Source: Dirinaria sp. TL-2023a (taxonomy: Eukaryota). From it: a DNA stretch of 64,000 bases. The notes beneath the pieces are model-generated. The model saw only the letters and a program-made list of their open reading frames with translations, was not told where the DNA came from and ran no database searches. The position numbers and the translations under genes are program-made. This document shows, piece by piece, positions 1 through 13,295 of the stretch (position 1 is the stretch's first letter; each line of letters begins with the position of its first letter). The stretch lies in assembly GCA_051941275.1 (NCBI GenBank), contig JAVEBF010000002.1, positions 1 to 64,000 of the forward strand, written 5' to 3'.

Positions 1-608
1 CAATCCTAGGCATGCAAGCCCTGTCTGCACACACTGCATCTTTGCTCGACTCTTGGCCGGGGACAGTGCAGTTCGAGAGGTGCTTGTACTCCCGTAGTCT
101 CAAAATAATGTCGGTGATGACAGAGATAAGAAACTCCCTCAGCTTCCATTTTCCAATCAAAATCGGTTCGGTCCCGGTCCCTTGAGCCACATCCATGATC
201 CCCCTTCAGAACGAAGTCAAGTACTGTACCTTGAGATGCCTACTCTATGTTGTGTAACAACCTGGGATGCGCATGCGACGAAAAAGTTTCGCGGACTTCA
301 TCCCGCCAGAGGCACCCCTGATCACAACGATGCATGCACGTTAATCAACTAGTATTAATTGGTAGCTCGCTACCCCGGTCACGGTACGCTAACATCCCGC
401 TCCCACAAGAATCCCCCCAAACTCCCTGCATCCGTGGATCCGTGTACCATCGTCCCGGCCTCGCCGTATGCGCTTGCGCGGTACCTCCCTGTGGGGGCCT
501 CCACCGTCATTGGATCAACAACTGGATGCTGGCCCCAAGTCCATCCCACCCGCCAAACCCCCTCTTTCTTTCCCATGCTGTTCTGCGTTTGCATTGCATA
601 ACCTGCAT

Positions 609-1294
609 TTAGCCTTCCAGGTTCTTGGGTGCAAGAGTTTTGCTGCGTCGCCAGAGGCACACGGTACAGATCGCAGAAAAAGCGAACAGTATACTGTCAA
701 CTGATCAGTGGAAATCCCCTGCTGGAGTGGAACGCGAGAACAAGCATACCACAACGCAATGCTCAAGCCCCAGATGGCCTTCATCTCGTAGCATGTACTC
801 CGGCTGGCCCCGATCCAATTGCTGTAAACGACCTTCCCACCGTGGTCGTGAATGCTGGCCTTGAGTTCAGCGCTCAATTGATAGGCCGACTCCGCAACAC
901 TAGCCGATCCGATAATGCGACAGTTCAGATATGACAGAGGCTTGCCCACCACCACGGCAATAACGATCAACGCGACCAACAGTAGGCCGTCAATGGCGGT
1001 GCTGATCAAGTAAGGCAGGATGTTGTCAAGGAACAAGATGTACGTGATGACGCAGTAGATGACGGCAATGCAGGTCTGCATGCGAGTGGTCAGCTCAGCA
1101 CTTCCTTTCGTAAGAGCTTCACCAATACCTACAATGCTGAGTGTACCAACCAGGACGTCCGTAGGAGCGCTATTGTTCGACACCATGTCAGAGATGAAGT
1201 TTGCCGCCATTCCGATGATGGCGATCAGAGATATGAACTGAAATGCTCGGACGGTCTTGAACGTCCCTGCAAGAGCACCATTGGGTCCGGCCAT
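609..1294 (-). CDS. Small multi-pass membrane protein (MARVEL-like fungal protein), 3 exons
   Basis: ORF 515..1294 has four hydrophobic segments. GT-AG introns at ~1076-1132 and ~694-749 give a C-terminus ILFAFSAICTVCLWRRSKTLAPKNLEG with stop at 609. Confidence 0.7.
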
Positions 1295-2297
1295 GTCGAG
1301 TGATTAAAATTGGATAAGATAGGGGATGCGAAGTATGCTCGATCAAGGACGACGCAGTACAATATTATTGGTTCGCAAGACGGGCAATGAGCGAGTGACG
1401 TGATGGTCCGGAATGCTGGTGATGCCTCTGTGGAAGAGAACGAGCGGGCTCAGTTGAAAGAGTGTGGCAAGGAAATTGAACAGTCAAGGAAAAGCGGACG
1501 AAGATCCAGTGGTAGAGAGAGAGATGCTTAGTGGTATGAATGTAGAGGAGACATCGAGGTACCTTCGCGGTGCTTAAGTACTGCATCTTGCGATTTTTCC
1601 AACGCTGTCATTATTGTAGTTGTCGCTGCAGTAAAATTGGTGTTTCTAAGATTGTTCAGAGTACAGTCTTGGGGAGTTTCATGCCTGAATCTGTTTGAGG
1701 CTCTCTCGTCCAATGATGGCACAAGGTCGCAAGCATGAGGCTCTCACGGATCGTCCCGAAACCCAGCGCTTGCACGGCAATCTTGGGCCACAAACCATCA
1801 ACACGACAATATTTATCGACCATTCAGACAGCGAAGAAGACTAGTGTCGCTGCTAAGAGAAACTTCCGAAAATATGTGAGGCATTTTGGATATTCCATTA
1901 TTGTCAGTCCTCGTTATGCGGACAAATTTGGTCGCGAAAAGTTTGAACCATCTGAGTGGCTCTCGGCTAGCGGACCGAGAAGAAGGGCCAGCGATCCTGC
2001 AAGGGAATATATCGAGTTGTCTGAGGCATCACTGATCCAAGCCGAATGTGATTCAGTTTGCTGCGTGTCTTATAATATCTTATGATACCTTTAAAAAGAC
2101 AGACATCGATAGTGCCTTAGCAGCGACAATAGCACAAAGTAGAGAGCAGGCTAGCACCAAATCTGGTAGCGGGAGCGAATCGGCTATACCTTCCCACCTC
2201 GATCAGTGCGGGGATATGAAGGAGGAAGCTAGTACTGTAGCTATTGTCTCTGCTTTTATGGGCGAGACATAGTCCAGCTCCAGCCCATTCGGAGACG

Positions 2298-4190
2298 ATG
2301 CTTCCCCCCTTCGACTATCTTGACCATCGGCGAGCTTGGTAAGGTGGTCGCGAAACGTTTACCAAACAACCCATAACTGATCTTTGTACAGCCAAAGGAA
2401 GCAGCTCGAGCGAGAAGCCAGGATTGCGAACCTGCATCCTGCCTACCGGGAGCCAATCGACTCGCGAGATCGCACCATCTTGAGCAAGCCAGTGAAAGAG
2501 CTTGTTCAAGATGTACACAAGCAGCTACTTAAACCCATCGATATACTCAGATGCTATGGGAAGATCGCGGTCAAGGCGCACAAAAAGACCAACTGTTTGA
2601 CGGAAGTGATGCTGCCCGAAGCAGAACGATGGGCTGAGTCAGAGATAAACCTAAAAGGGCCTCTGGCAGGTATTCCAGTTTCTTTGAAAGACTCGATTGC
2701 TGTAGGAGGTTTCGATGTCAGCGTCGGATATTCGTGCAATACTGGGAAACCTTGCCCGCAAGATGGCACGATGGTAAAGATACTCAAAGATGCCGGTCAA
2801 AGACTTCTTTCCGACTTTCAAGGCATCGGCTGACCATGTGCAGGTGCGATACCTTATGTTAAAACGAATCTCCCAATAACGCTGCTTTCCTTCGAGTCGA
2901 CGAACCAGCTATGGGGACGTTGTACAAATCCCCACAATGAAAAGTATTCTCCAGGTGGTTCCACTGGAGGTGAGGGAGCGCTCCTAGCCTACGGTGGAGG
3001 GCGAATAGGGATCGGTTCAGATGTCGCTGGTTCTGTTCGTGCGCCTGCGCACTACAGTGGGATATACTCGCTTCGATGCTCAACCGGACGTTGGCCAAAG
3101 ATGGGTATGAATACCAGCATGCCAGGTCAGGAAGGAATCCCCAGCGTGTTCAGCCCCATGACCAGAACTCTCGAGGACCTTGTGTACTTCTCTAAGGCCA
3201 TGGTTTCCATGAAGCCATGGGAGTATGATCATAGCGTGCATCCTATCGAATGGCGGACACACCAGGAGCGTGATGCGCGGGAAAAGCCGAGATTCAAGGT
3301 CGCAGTTCTGAGAAGCGATGGTATAACATTCTACCAACTGCCAATTTCGCTGTGCTGACGGAATAGGTGTTGTTGATCCATCTCCCGCGTGTAACCGTGC
3401 TTTGAACAAAGCTGTCGCTGTTTTGCGAGCCGAAGGCCACGAAGTTGTCGATGTGGATCCGCCATCACCATACGAAGGCCTTGTGATTGCAGCAAACCTC
3501 CTGAACGCTGATGGGTGTAGGACGTTTCGGTCTTTCTTTCGGACTGGTGAATGGAGCGATACCGGTGCTGCACAAATGAACTTTTACATGCGAGTTCCAA
3601 GACCGATCAAGTACCTTTACCATTTGTGGGTTAAGTATATTCGTCGTGACCCAATTTGGGCAGGTCTTTTGAAGACCTTTCACGAGAAAAGCGCTTTTGA
3701 GCAATGGCGTTGGGTCGCTAAGAGAGAAGCTTTCAAAGCGCGATGGCATGCGTGGTGGCAAAATGAAGCGAAAGTCGACTTTTTGCTAACACCCCCTAAC
3801 GCAATACCTGCAGTGCCCCACGACGGGATGAGAGATGCTGTCAGCAATTGCGGATATACTTTTCTCTTCAACCTGGTATGTGCGGTTGGCAGTACAATTT
3901 GGCGGAGGCTAACACTCAGGAAGCTTGACTATTCGTGCGGCATCCTGCCCGTGACTCATGTTGATAGAGCACTTGATGGACTGCCCAAAGGCTTCCGGCT
4001 TCGGGATTTGAACGGCGTAGCACGTGGCGCTTATCAGCACTACAGTGCTGACGACATGCATGGCTTACCGGTTGCTGTTCAGATTGTTGGTCAGCGTCTA
4101 CAAGAAGAGAAGGTCCTTGCCATCATGGGGCGACTTGAATCGGCTCTAGAAAAGCATGATGGCAAGTACAATTTACTCGAAATCGAATAA
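2298..4190 (+). CDS. Amidase-signature family protein (acetamidase/fatty acid amide hydrolase-like), multi-exon
   Basis: GPLAGIPVSLKD, GGSTGGEGA and IGIGSDVAGSVRAPAHY signature motifs, C-terminal GLPVAVQIVG. ATG at 2298; several short introns join ORFs 2384, 3101 and 3402. Confidence 0.92.
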
Positions 4191-4328
4191 GAAGTCATTG
4201 CAAGACACGAGGAGAACCTACGTAATTGTCCCACGTATGACCGACTGTTCGAATCAACGACAAAAAACCCCCTTGAGAGGAGTTCATAGGGTTCCCCTTC
4301 AACTAGCTTCCAAGTAGAACTGAAATGT

Positions 4329-4625
4329 TTAACCGGAGCTGACTGGAGGTATGATTGCGACCTCGTCACCCTCGTGAATGATGGCACTGGTATTTTCTTG
4401 TCCACTAGATCCAGCTTCTTCCATGTCGATGTAGTTAAGATTGACTGTAACAGCGCAGCTGCTTAGGACCGATTTCCTGAAACCGGGATAGCGTTCCTCC
4501 AAGGTATCGAATAATTCATTGAAATGCATAGGTGATCGAAGATATTCGGAAGATCTATTTGTGAAGCTGGCTGCGGAGGCGAAGTAGAGAATGTTGAAAT
4601 GGCCTAAAGGCGTTTTGGCGGGCAT
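4329..4625 (-). CDS. cnxG: Molybdopterin synthase sulfur-carrier (small) subunit, MoaD/ThiS family
   Basis: ILYFASA N-terminal motif and C-terminal GDEVAIIPPVSSG. Likely start MPAKTP at 4625. Confidence 0.88.
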   Translation of the reverse strand: MPAKTPLGHFNILYFASAASFTNRSSEYLRSPMHFNELFDTLEERYPGFRKSVLSSCAVTVNLNYIDMEEAGSSGQENTSAIIHEGDEVAIIPPVSSG

Positions 4626-5109
4626 ACTGTTCGGCAAGCGTAAATAGATACTGTGAAAGTTCAGCGGATTCTTGCATAGCTCGGCCATCTGCTACAGATC
4701 GGATGGTGAAGAGGTCAGATATGTAGGTAGGAGTGTCAATTGTGGAGCCGCACGACACTCCCTTGGATAATACATGCTTTTACAGTGATCATCAGGGAGA
4801 TTTTGAATCAATTGTGGGTGGCACATTGACTGACCTTTTCTAATACTATGATGCTCGATGATGATGATTCGGAGAAGTTGCACAGTAAAAATAATAATAG
4901 AAGTGGCCAAGTTCGCCCGAGGGCCAAGATAGATACCTAATGTAGTTAGATACACTGTCGGCAGAAGTTCGGAAGGACCCCCAGAGACTAAAGTAAAGTT
5001 CCGTACTTTGGTGTATTTCTCTCAACTTCTAATGACTACTTAATGCATCAGGTAACTCACAGACAAGAAGCTGAAGGGTTTGCTATTCACCGCTCAACAG
5101 AAAACCCTA

Positions 5110-8100
5110 ATGGCCAGTACCCCTAGCGGCCCTAAAGCCGTATGTTGGCGCTGTACACAGAAGCGCCCTTCCTCGAGTAGACCACGAGTACATCCCTCAG
5201 CAGCGCTGTGCACCTACAATATTCCCAAATTGCGAGATTACGTCTACTCACCCAGAAATGGCAGCCACAGGTTTAGGAAATCATCCTGGCCCCTATCCGA
5301 TGTGGCGGCACATAGAGCAGCCATTCACCATGATGGGCTTTGCGCAGCTTTCACATATTCAAGCTCCTTTGCCACGAAGCGACGATCATTTGTTACTGGA
5401 ACTGTAGGTCAGTGATGCTTCCCTTTATCCGAAAATTTTAACTGATACACCCTGTAGAGTAGAGGTTCGAGTCTAGAAAACGTAATCAGAGCCGCATCGG
5501 ACGGAGGCACTTCGATTCCTCTCCCTCCAGAAGCATTCAAGTCCAAGTCCAAGTCCAAGTCATCGATCAAGCAGCATCTCAGGAAATGGCAACAGCAACA
5601 GGCAAAAGAGTCAAATGCTCTGACGCCAAGCGCTCTCACAGGCATGGGTGCTTTGGAACAAGTAGAGAGCGACCTTATTGGTCGGCCAAAGATGAATGAT
5701 GACGATGCCCGATTCGACGACGACGCACTAAATATCGATGTGGCAGATCCCGTTGAAGACAACAGTATTCACCACGTCGATATCGCTCCAGGTGATATGG
5801 TGGCGCTTCGGTAAGTGGCCCCGGTCTTTAGTGGTCATCCTGGAGCTCAAAAGTCCTAGAGTTGGCCGTTTGCTTGTGCCCGCCATATGTGTGCAATATG
5901 TTAGACAGCTGTTACAAGTCTACACGATTCGGGGCGAGGTTGCCTACGTCTATCCGCGACGCATTTCTCGATTCTCGCTATCTCGATTTATTTCGCATGC
6001 GGAGCTGAGCCCTCTCATTCCTCACTTGCCTACACGGGCCATCGAGCAGTCCGAAGAGGGCAAGTTTCAAGTCGTAGATACAGCCGTCCCCCGTGAGATT
6101 GGCGCACATCTCATTGAAAAAATGCTTCATCTCAACAACCTTGCTGGCGAGGTTTACCGAAAGCATGCCGACAGGTGTGATCGAGCTTGGGAGATTATGA
6201 CCTGCTCAGCCTATACCAATCACGTGCCCCTTGAAGACATAGCAATGTTGATTTGCCAACAGAATGATCGTGCCTCTATTTCTACACCAATGCTTTGGTG
6301 TATTTTCCAACTTCTTGAGTTTAACCCGGGGTTTGTGAAAAAGACCGATTACCATCGGTCGGGTCTTAATTACACGATAATATCAAAGGGAGAAGGCCAG
6401 AATCGTCAGAAAGTGGCGGAGTGGGTGAGAGAATACCAAGAGCAGCTTGCCTCTGCTAGCTTAACCGATTTCGATGACGCAAGCAATGCTTCCGAAGTAG
6501 ACAACAATCAAGGATACAATCCTGTGAAGGAATTTGCGCGAAAGGCCCAACCTCTGATTCAAAGTAGTCGAGAAATCCGCGATGCCCGTGAGCATGGCCG
6601 TCTTGGCCCTTGTAGGATTGCGGCGGGGTCGTATCCAATTGACATAACCAATGATTCTAGACATAGGTTTCATTTTGGGAAAAAGGAGGAGAAAATCATT
6701 AGGTTCCTCTACGAATGGGTCGTTGACAGGACCATTGATAACTACTCACATCTCTACTCCGTTGGCCCCTCGATTCTTCGTGCGATCGGGATGTACGCCA
6801 ACCTCGAGCTTGACAGGCCTACTGGATTGCTGTTGCTACAGGAACTCGGTGTACTGCTTCCATGGGAAAATTGGTCCGTGTACTCGCGAAATCTAATACT
6901 TCCAGGGCACGGCATGGACTCTACAGCCGATAAATTACGTGAAGTAGCTACATCGTCTACTTTATCTATTGAAGACTCTATGGTAGGCTTGCGTAAAGAC
7001 TGGGGAAGTCTTCCAGTGTTCTGCGTAGACCCTGCGCAGACCACGGAAGTAGACGATGGGATTTCCTGGGAAGCTATCGACGAGTCAAATTGCTGGGTTC
7101 ACGTTCACATTGCGAATCCAAGCGCATTTATCAAGCCCGACTCCCCGGTCGCCGAATATGCCGCCAGACTTACCCAGACTGTTTATCTCCCCGAACGCAG
7201 ATATTTAATGCTAGAGTCAGAATCCTTACTTCAGCATTGCAGTCTTAAAGCCAATGCGCCAACCATTTCCTTCAGTGCTAGACTCAATACAGATGGTGAA
7301 ATACTTGAGAGCAAAATTTCTCACGGGATCATACGCAATGTTAAACGCGTCACTTATGAAACTTTGGACAGCGCGCTCTCACCTCATGCTTTTGATGGTT
7401 CTCAGACCGTGGACTCGGCCACAGTCCTTACAGTACGAGGGGAATTGCCCTCAGAAAACACGAGTCCGCCAGATCAGATCTTGACCGAGTCCGAGGTCTT
7501 CATACTTCGAAAGTTGATGCAGATTTCAGAAGCTAGACGTTTTAAGGGCGTCGAGGGTACAGAACGAGACGGTCGACAAGGCGTAACTTCAAAAGTCGAC
7601 ACACAAGTGTACCTGGGGGAGAACCATCCACCATTTGCGCCGTGTATGGAGTACAGTCGGCTAGCTCGTGGAGACCCTATCATCTCACTAAAGACACAGC
7701 CTTTCGACTCGGAACATACCAAGTACGCGTCGTTGGCAGTTCAGATGATTGCAGATCTCATGTTGCTTGCTGGGGCGATCGCGGCTCGGTGGTGTACTGA
7801 ACGTGGCATTCCCATCGGTTACTCATGCACAAAAAGCAACCCGCAGCAGCAACTAAGTAAACAAAAATACCTTCAAGAGGTTTATAACCCAATTGTTGCA
7901 AGATATGGCCGTGTCCCAGTTCTGCTGAGCTATGGTAAGCAGGCCCTGATGGGCAGGGCTTCATTGTCGGCACAGCCAGCTCCTCACGAACATCTGAACC
8001 TAGTACAATACGCTCAAGTTACCTCGCCTCTGAGGCGATACAACGATTTACGTACTCACTGGCAAATCGATGCTGCCGTTCGTCAGGAAGCGCGCACAGG

Positions 8101-8545
8101 CACCTCGCTTGTAGGCAATACCGACCAATCATTCCTGCCCTTTGATCTGAATGAAACACAAAGATCTGTCGAAAAGCTTAATACAACGATTTCAGATCTC
8201 AAAAGCATACAAAAGCTGACCCGCCGCCACTGGATTATTCAATGGTTCAACCGAGCCTATTATTACAACGAAGTGCCGCTTCCCAAGCCGTTACACATTT
8301 GCATCCTCGGCATTGACCCTGTTCAGAACTACAACCAGGGCGTCATAAAGGAGCTGGGCATCTACTGCGAGATCACTGCGGTTGATGCTGCCAAGGCCCA
8401 AGCCAGCCTGGAAATGGGAGACACGTGGGAGGCAGATGTCCAGGAGCTCAATCCGCTCACGCACAAAATCGTCATGAATCCAGTGCGCTTGGTGGAGAAG
8501 TCGGCAATCGATTACGGATCATATATGTACCCGAAGCCCGCTTAG
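5110..8545 (+). CDS. RNB-domain (RNase II family) exoribonuclease, mitochondrial Cyt-4/Dss1-like
   Basis: VFCVDPAQTTEVDDGIS catalytic motif, VHVHIANPS, TSPLRRYNDL. Basic N-terminal exon with CWRC resembles a mitochondrial presequence. Start (5043 or 5110) and 5' introns uncertain. Confidence 0.85.
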
Positions 8546-9144
8546 TTGGTTGACAAGTGTATGTCCGCTGCGCATGCTTGTCATAGTGTAAAGGTTATGA
8601 CAATTTTCGAAACGTTTTGTTCTCTCTTTCACCCTTTTCAAACAAGTATCCTCCACTCCTCTCGGATGACGAAGAGTCGTCACGGCTTCGGCAGGCTTCC
8701 TTGCCAGTCGAAAAAGACACATGGGGGTGGCGGCGAATGACTTGAATGCTATCCCTCTACAGCCAATGTACATGTACCATGCATAAGCATATATGGGTAC
8801 TGGGGCGCCGCATTGAACAGCGAGCAGAGCATATAAATAGCACCGTGTATTCTGTGACAAATATTCAATGATGTATCATTGATTCAGCACGGGTGAACTC
8901 CCTGCATTCTTCCTTTTGGTTTGTCAAGATGCATAAGGTAAAAAACTGTGTTTGAGGTAAGATACCTTCGACACAGCGAACAAAATGACATCATGATTGG
9001 TTACGTTATGAAACCACCCGTGAAGCAGTACCTAAGGTAAGGTAAGGTATATAAGGTATAAGGTACCGATATTCCTACTTTATGTTGCCGAGCCTCATCC
9101 CCAATGCCGGTCAACTTCAGCATCAACTATCAAACAAGGCAAAC

Positions 9145-10260
9145 ATGTCGCGAAAGAGTCTAACCACACATCCATTTGATATCCAATGGCGAAAGGCCCT
9201 GGTAAGCCTACCGCGAGCCGTGCCCCTTGCCACGTTGAGAATCACCTCGCCCGAAGGCCCACAACCCTTCATCATGAACTTGCCTTCTCGCTCCAGCCAC
9301 CGGATCCCGCTCTATATATTCGTCCCCCCCGACATTACCGAGGAAACCGCCCCAAAGCTGCCTGTGATAGTCGATTTCCACGGGGGAGGATTCGTGATGG
9401 GATCATGCCTCGAACAAGCTCCCTTTTGCGCCAAGCTCGCTCGCGACCTCACGTGCGTGGTGCTGACAGTCGACTACCGAATGGGACCCATCGATAAGCA
9501 TCCCGCAGCACTAGAAGACGGCGAAGATGTCTTGAGCGCGATCCTGGATCCTGAAGTTGCGGGATACTCACCGCTACGCAAATCGATTGCGAAGCGGGTA
9601 TGCGAAACCAGCAGCACCACCACCAACAAGGACAGCAAACGCCGAAGCCGCTTGAAGCGGGAGATGATCGACCTCGATAGATCCCGGATCGCCATCTCCG
9701 GTTTCAGCAGCGGCGGCAACGCGGCGCTGAACATGGCTCTTTCAATTTCCTCCCCTCAGAGCAGGCTGGAGTGGCCGTCCCGCTTCCCAGCAGACCATCC
9801 TTCCAGCATCCCGCTCTTGCTTTTCTATCCTTCTTTGGATTGCAGGCAGTTGCCCTCTGAACGGACCAGACCGCCCAAGCTCCCGGTTTCGGGCGGGTTC
9901 TGGGCCGAGTTGGACGATAAGCTGATGCCGACGTATCTCCCCCGTGAGCAGGCCGGTGAGTCGCGAGCGTCGCCCGGACTGGCGGACCTGAGAGGCCTGC
10001 ATCCGCGAGCGAAGATGTTGCTCGTGTTACCCGAATTGGACTCGTTGGCCGAGCAGAGCGAAGTGTGGGTGAAGAAAGTCGTCGAAGGGGGCAGAGGCGA
10101 CGATCTTGCCGTTGCGAGGTATGAGGGTATGAAGCATGGCTGGACTCAGATGCCGGTGAGTTGGCTGAATGAGGAGGAGAAGAGGACTCGAGCCGAGATT
10201 TTTGAGCGCACGGTGGCTTTTATTCGTGGTGTCTGGGAGGGTGGGACGAGCGTAGCTTGA
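9145..10260 (+). CDS. Alpha/beta hydrolase (HSL/GDXG-type esterase-lipase)
   Basis: VIVDFHGGGF oxyanion motif, GFSSGGN nucleophile elbow, C-terminal HGW. Intronless; alternative start at 9082. Confidence 0.88.
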   Translation: MSRKSLTTHPFDIQWRKALVSLPRAVPLATLRITSPEGPQPFIMNLPSRSSHRIPLYIFVPPDITEETAPKLPVIVDFHGGGFVMGSCLEQAPFCAKLARDLTCVVLTVDYRMGPIDKHPAALEDGEDVLSAILDPEVAGYSPLRKSIAKRVCETSSTTTNKDSKRRSRLKREMIDLDRSRIAISGFSSGGNAALNMALSISSPQSRLEWPSRFPADHPSSIPLLLFYPSLDCRQLPSERTRPPKLPVSGGFWAELDDKLMPTYLPREQAGESRASPGLADLRGLHPRAKMLLVLPELDSLAEQSEVWVKKVVEGGRGDDLAVARYEGMKHGWTQMPVSWLNEEEKRTRAEIFERTVAFIRGVWEGGTSVA

Positions 10261-10631
10261 AGCTTGTACTATCTTCGTGGATGGTGTTGCACGTTAGAAG
10301 ACTCCAAGCTGGTGCTCGTTACTGGTGGGTAGGGCATCCGAGGCCTGGAAAACCACCTATTCCAGACAGTCTTAAGAAGAGGCGTAAGTATAGCATAGGC
10401 TTCACGTAGATCTTGCACCACTACTCATCGCATAGAAATTAGCCCTAAAATAGCGATCCTCGATCAGAAAATTCGCAAAGACGTCCAACTAAAACCTTTT
10501 TGGCAGTATAACCCAGGGCGTTTCCCTACATCGTTATCAGGCGGCCTAAATACAGCAACATAGATAGATTACTAAAGCCGTAACATCTCCTTGCCGAATT
10601 ATTCACTGGTGATGGTACCTTGTATTCCACA

Positions 10632-12499
10632 TCAAGCGAAACCAAGTATCTCATTGGCTCTCTCGAGCATCTTCCGTTCCCCCGATGAGATTCCAGGCCG
10701 ATCTCCTGTCTCGTATTTCGCGAGTCCCATCGCTCTCTGCGCTTCGGGAGTAATGTTCTGCATCACAAAGTCCGGCGTCAGCCGTCCCACATGCTGCGTT
10801 TCGCCCACGCCGGACGGGAAATCGGGACCGGGTGCTCCTGGAGAGATTTCCACGTTGGGATGTTAGAAATTCGTTCGTTGAACCCGTTTTATTGTACTGG
10901 AAGGGGGCAAAAAGGGGCGCGGAATGGCGTTGCCGAAGGCCCAAAAAAAAGGGGAAGGGGGCAATACGTACCTTCCCAGAACGCTTCTCTCTGCCTCCGG
11001 AGGTATTCTGCATTCCCCACGGTCAGGGGACATGCAGGTATATACATCACGCTCGAATCGCTTTTCCCAGCATGGATCTTGTCGACGGCGTGGATCGCTA
11101 GCATCGATCAATTCAGCCGTGGCCGATAGGATTGAACTAGGTTATTGAATACTCACTATCGCAATGCCAAGCCACATAATCCCCTGGTCTGATGGATGGG
11201 ATGTGGACCATAGTGCCCTCAAGGTCAAGGTGGGGATGCAATGTAGCATTCAATTCCTGGCAATTGGAGGGGACAGCGCCCTGAAAAACCAGCGTGGGCG
11301 TTTCATCCATCGTCCAGTTGTCCGGGTCGAGGAACGCTTCCGTGTGGTGGCTCCTGGGACTGAAGAACGGCCGCAGCAAGTAGTAAGCTGTAGCTCGAGA
11401 AAACAGCGGATTCACCATCAATGTGCCCTCGCCTGGGCCCGTCTCGCTCATCGACAGCCATCCCTGGAACATCCTGAGCATGGAGCACGCTCCCGCTCCG
11501 TTGTACAAGTCGGACACCACGGGCAATCGGCAACTGGCTTCCCACGGATTGTAGGACTGCCAATTTCCCTGGAAAATCTGATTGTACACTCCTCCTTTCC
11601 CGTAGCCGTCCTCTTCCCAGCGCTCGCAGCTGCCACTATCCACGTGCGGACCTAAGGCAAAGCCAGTATCACCTGGTTGTCTGATCCGTAGTCGGTCCGC
11701 GTAGGAGGTAGGATGGGAGGTAGATATCAATGCGGATTTTTGGGCGGAATGCCAGTGCGACATGAGAAAGGCCTGTGCTTGGAGAACATTTGGGTGCGCA
11801 CGTGCGAGGATTTGCGAAGCAGCCCAGTATAATTCATATACAGCGGGCCTATCAGGGGGGAAGCCTACGAGATGTGAGAAAAAGGTTCTGTAAAGGCTGG
11901 CCAGGCGCGGTAGAACTCTCAGTTATGCTACGAAAATCAGATGAATGTGAGGAGAGAGTGATTGGACAATAGGTAATTTCCATTTTTCAAAGCAAGTATA
12001 AAGAGCTCAAGGACCTACCTCTTGTCGTAGGGTTAGTCTCAATGTATCTCTGAAGCAGCTCTTTCCATCCTAGAGCTTCACTCTCGGCCACCACGCCACG
12101 TACGATAGCAACACCGCGCCTGTGCAAGCTATCCCTGAACCTCGTCCTCTTCTCCACATCGTCCAAGTCCCAATAGTCGATCTCCGGAATGATCGCAGAC
12201 CCTAGTGCTTTGACCTCCTCTGTCTCTCGCTTCAAAACCAACAGCAGTGCCCGCCAGCTTTCTTGGAGTTGTTGCTCACGCCCAGATGATAACTTCGATT
12301 TGAGATCCGCGAAGCGAGCAGGTAAAGAAGGACTAACGGCTCCAGACAGCGACGGGAACACCGCGGAGATATCTCCAGTCGCTTTTGCAGCGGAAGACAT
12401 ATTTGGCTGCGCCGTTGCGAAGTACGCATAGCTGGCCCATAATCTGATCGTGGAACAATGGGATGGAGCAACAACACGGGCACAAGCCTTCAGTAACAT
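10632..12499 (-). CDS. DUF1479 (Gig2/YbiU-like, 2OG-Fe oxygenase-fold) protein, multi-exon
   Basis: GDISAVFPSLSG, YADRLRIRQPGD, LGPHVDSGSCERWE, PGDYVAWHCD, SSVMYIPACPLT spread over ORFs 11987-12499, 11137-11763, 10889-11104 and 10632-10853. Confidence 0.85.
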
Positions 12500-13295
12500 C
12501 CCAGCTTTGGCTAGATGTACAAAGCGTAGCTCTAGGTCCCTAAAAAAATTATGACAGTCTTTGAGATGGCATCCACAGCAGGCCTCGTTTGGTAGTAGTA
12601 GTACACCTCTTCGTGGTCACGATATCAGTGTTACAGTTAGCATTATTAGGAAACCTAAGAGGTCTCCGTGCTTGTCTTCATCGGCACTCTTTCCCTTTTT
12701 GGGATCGGCACGGTGGGCGATAAAATACACGTGGGTAAGATTACGTGCGAGGTTTTTAGGCTATCTTACGGAATATCTACAAGTCATTTCTCCTGGTAGA
12801 TAATGCCTCAGATTCGAGTATATCCATTTCTCTGCTCTGACAGGCTGCGAGCTTCAAGCAAAGACGATTTGACGACGTGGCGATGGGCTGTTTCACCACG
12901 AAAGTGCCACCGTCAAATAGATAAATCGTTAAAGGTTAAAAATGGATGTTGGGAAGAAAAAATAGAGAAACATTGATAGATGGAAACGAGTAGTGGGGAC
13001 GGCGGTGTAGCAGCACAGTGAAGGTGGTGTAGCAGCAGCGAGATCCTAATTCAATGTACATGTACTTTGTCATCTTCCTGAGTTCAAGCAACCGCCGATA
13101 GAGGCAGCGCGAATACTCTTGGACGAATTCGCCGTTCTAAGCGCCATCTCAACCGTCTGTAACAACGTTCCGAGAAAAACCTCAACGCCTTGCTAACGGA
13201 CTAACGGGAATTGAGACAACCAATGAATCGTAGCTTGAGCCAACGACCTCCATCTATAAGATTTGTCGACCAATTCGCCAGAAACAAATTACACT

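Noticed and set aside
334..2272. Short overlapping or antisense ORFs from the six-frame track (here and throughout)
   Set aside because: No motifs; most are shadows of real genes on the opposite strand or chance intergenic ORFs, many with non-ATG starts.
4329..4340. Sulfur carrier ending in SSG rather than GG
   Set aside because: PPVSSG is, from recall, the usual ending in filamentous-fungal CnxG, so it is not an anomaly.
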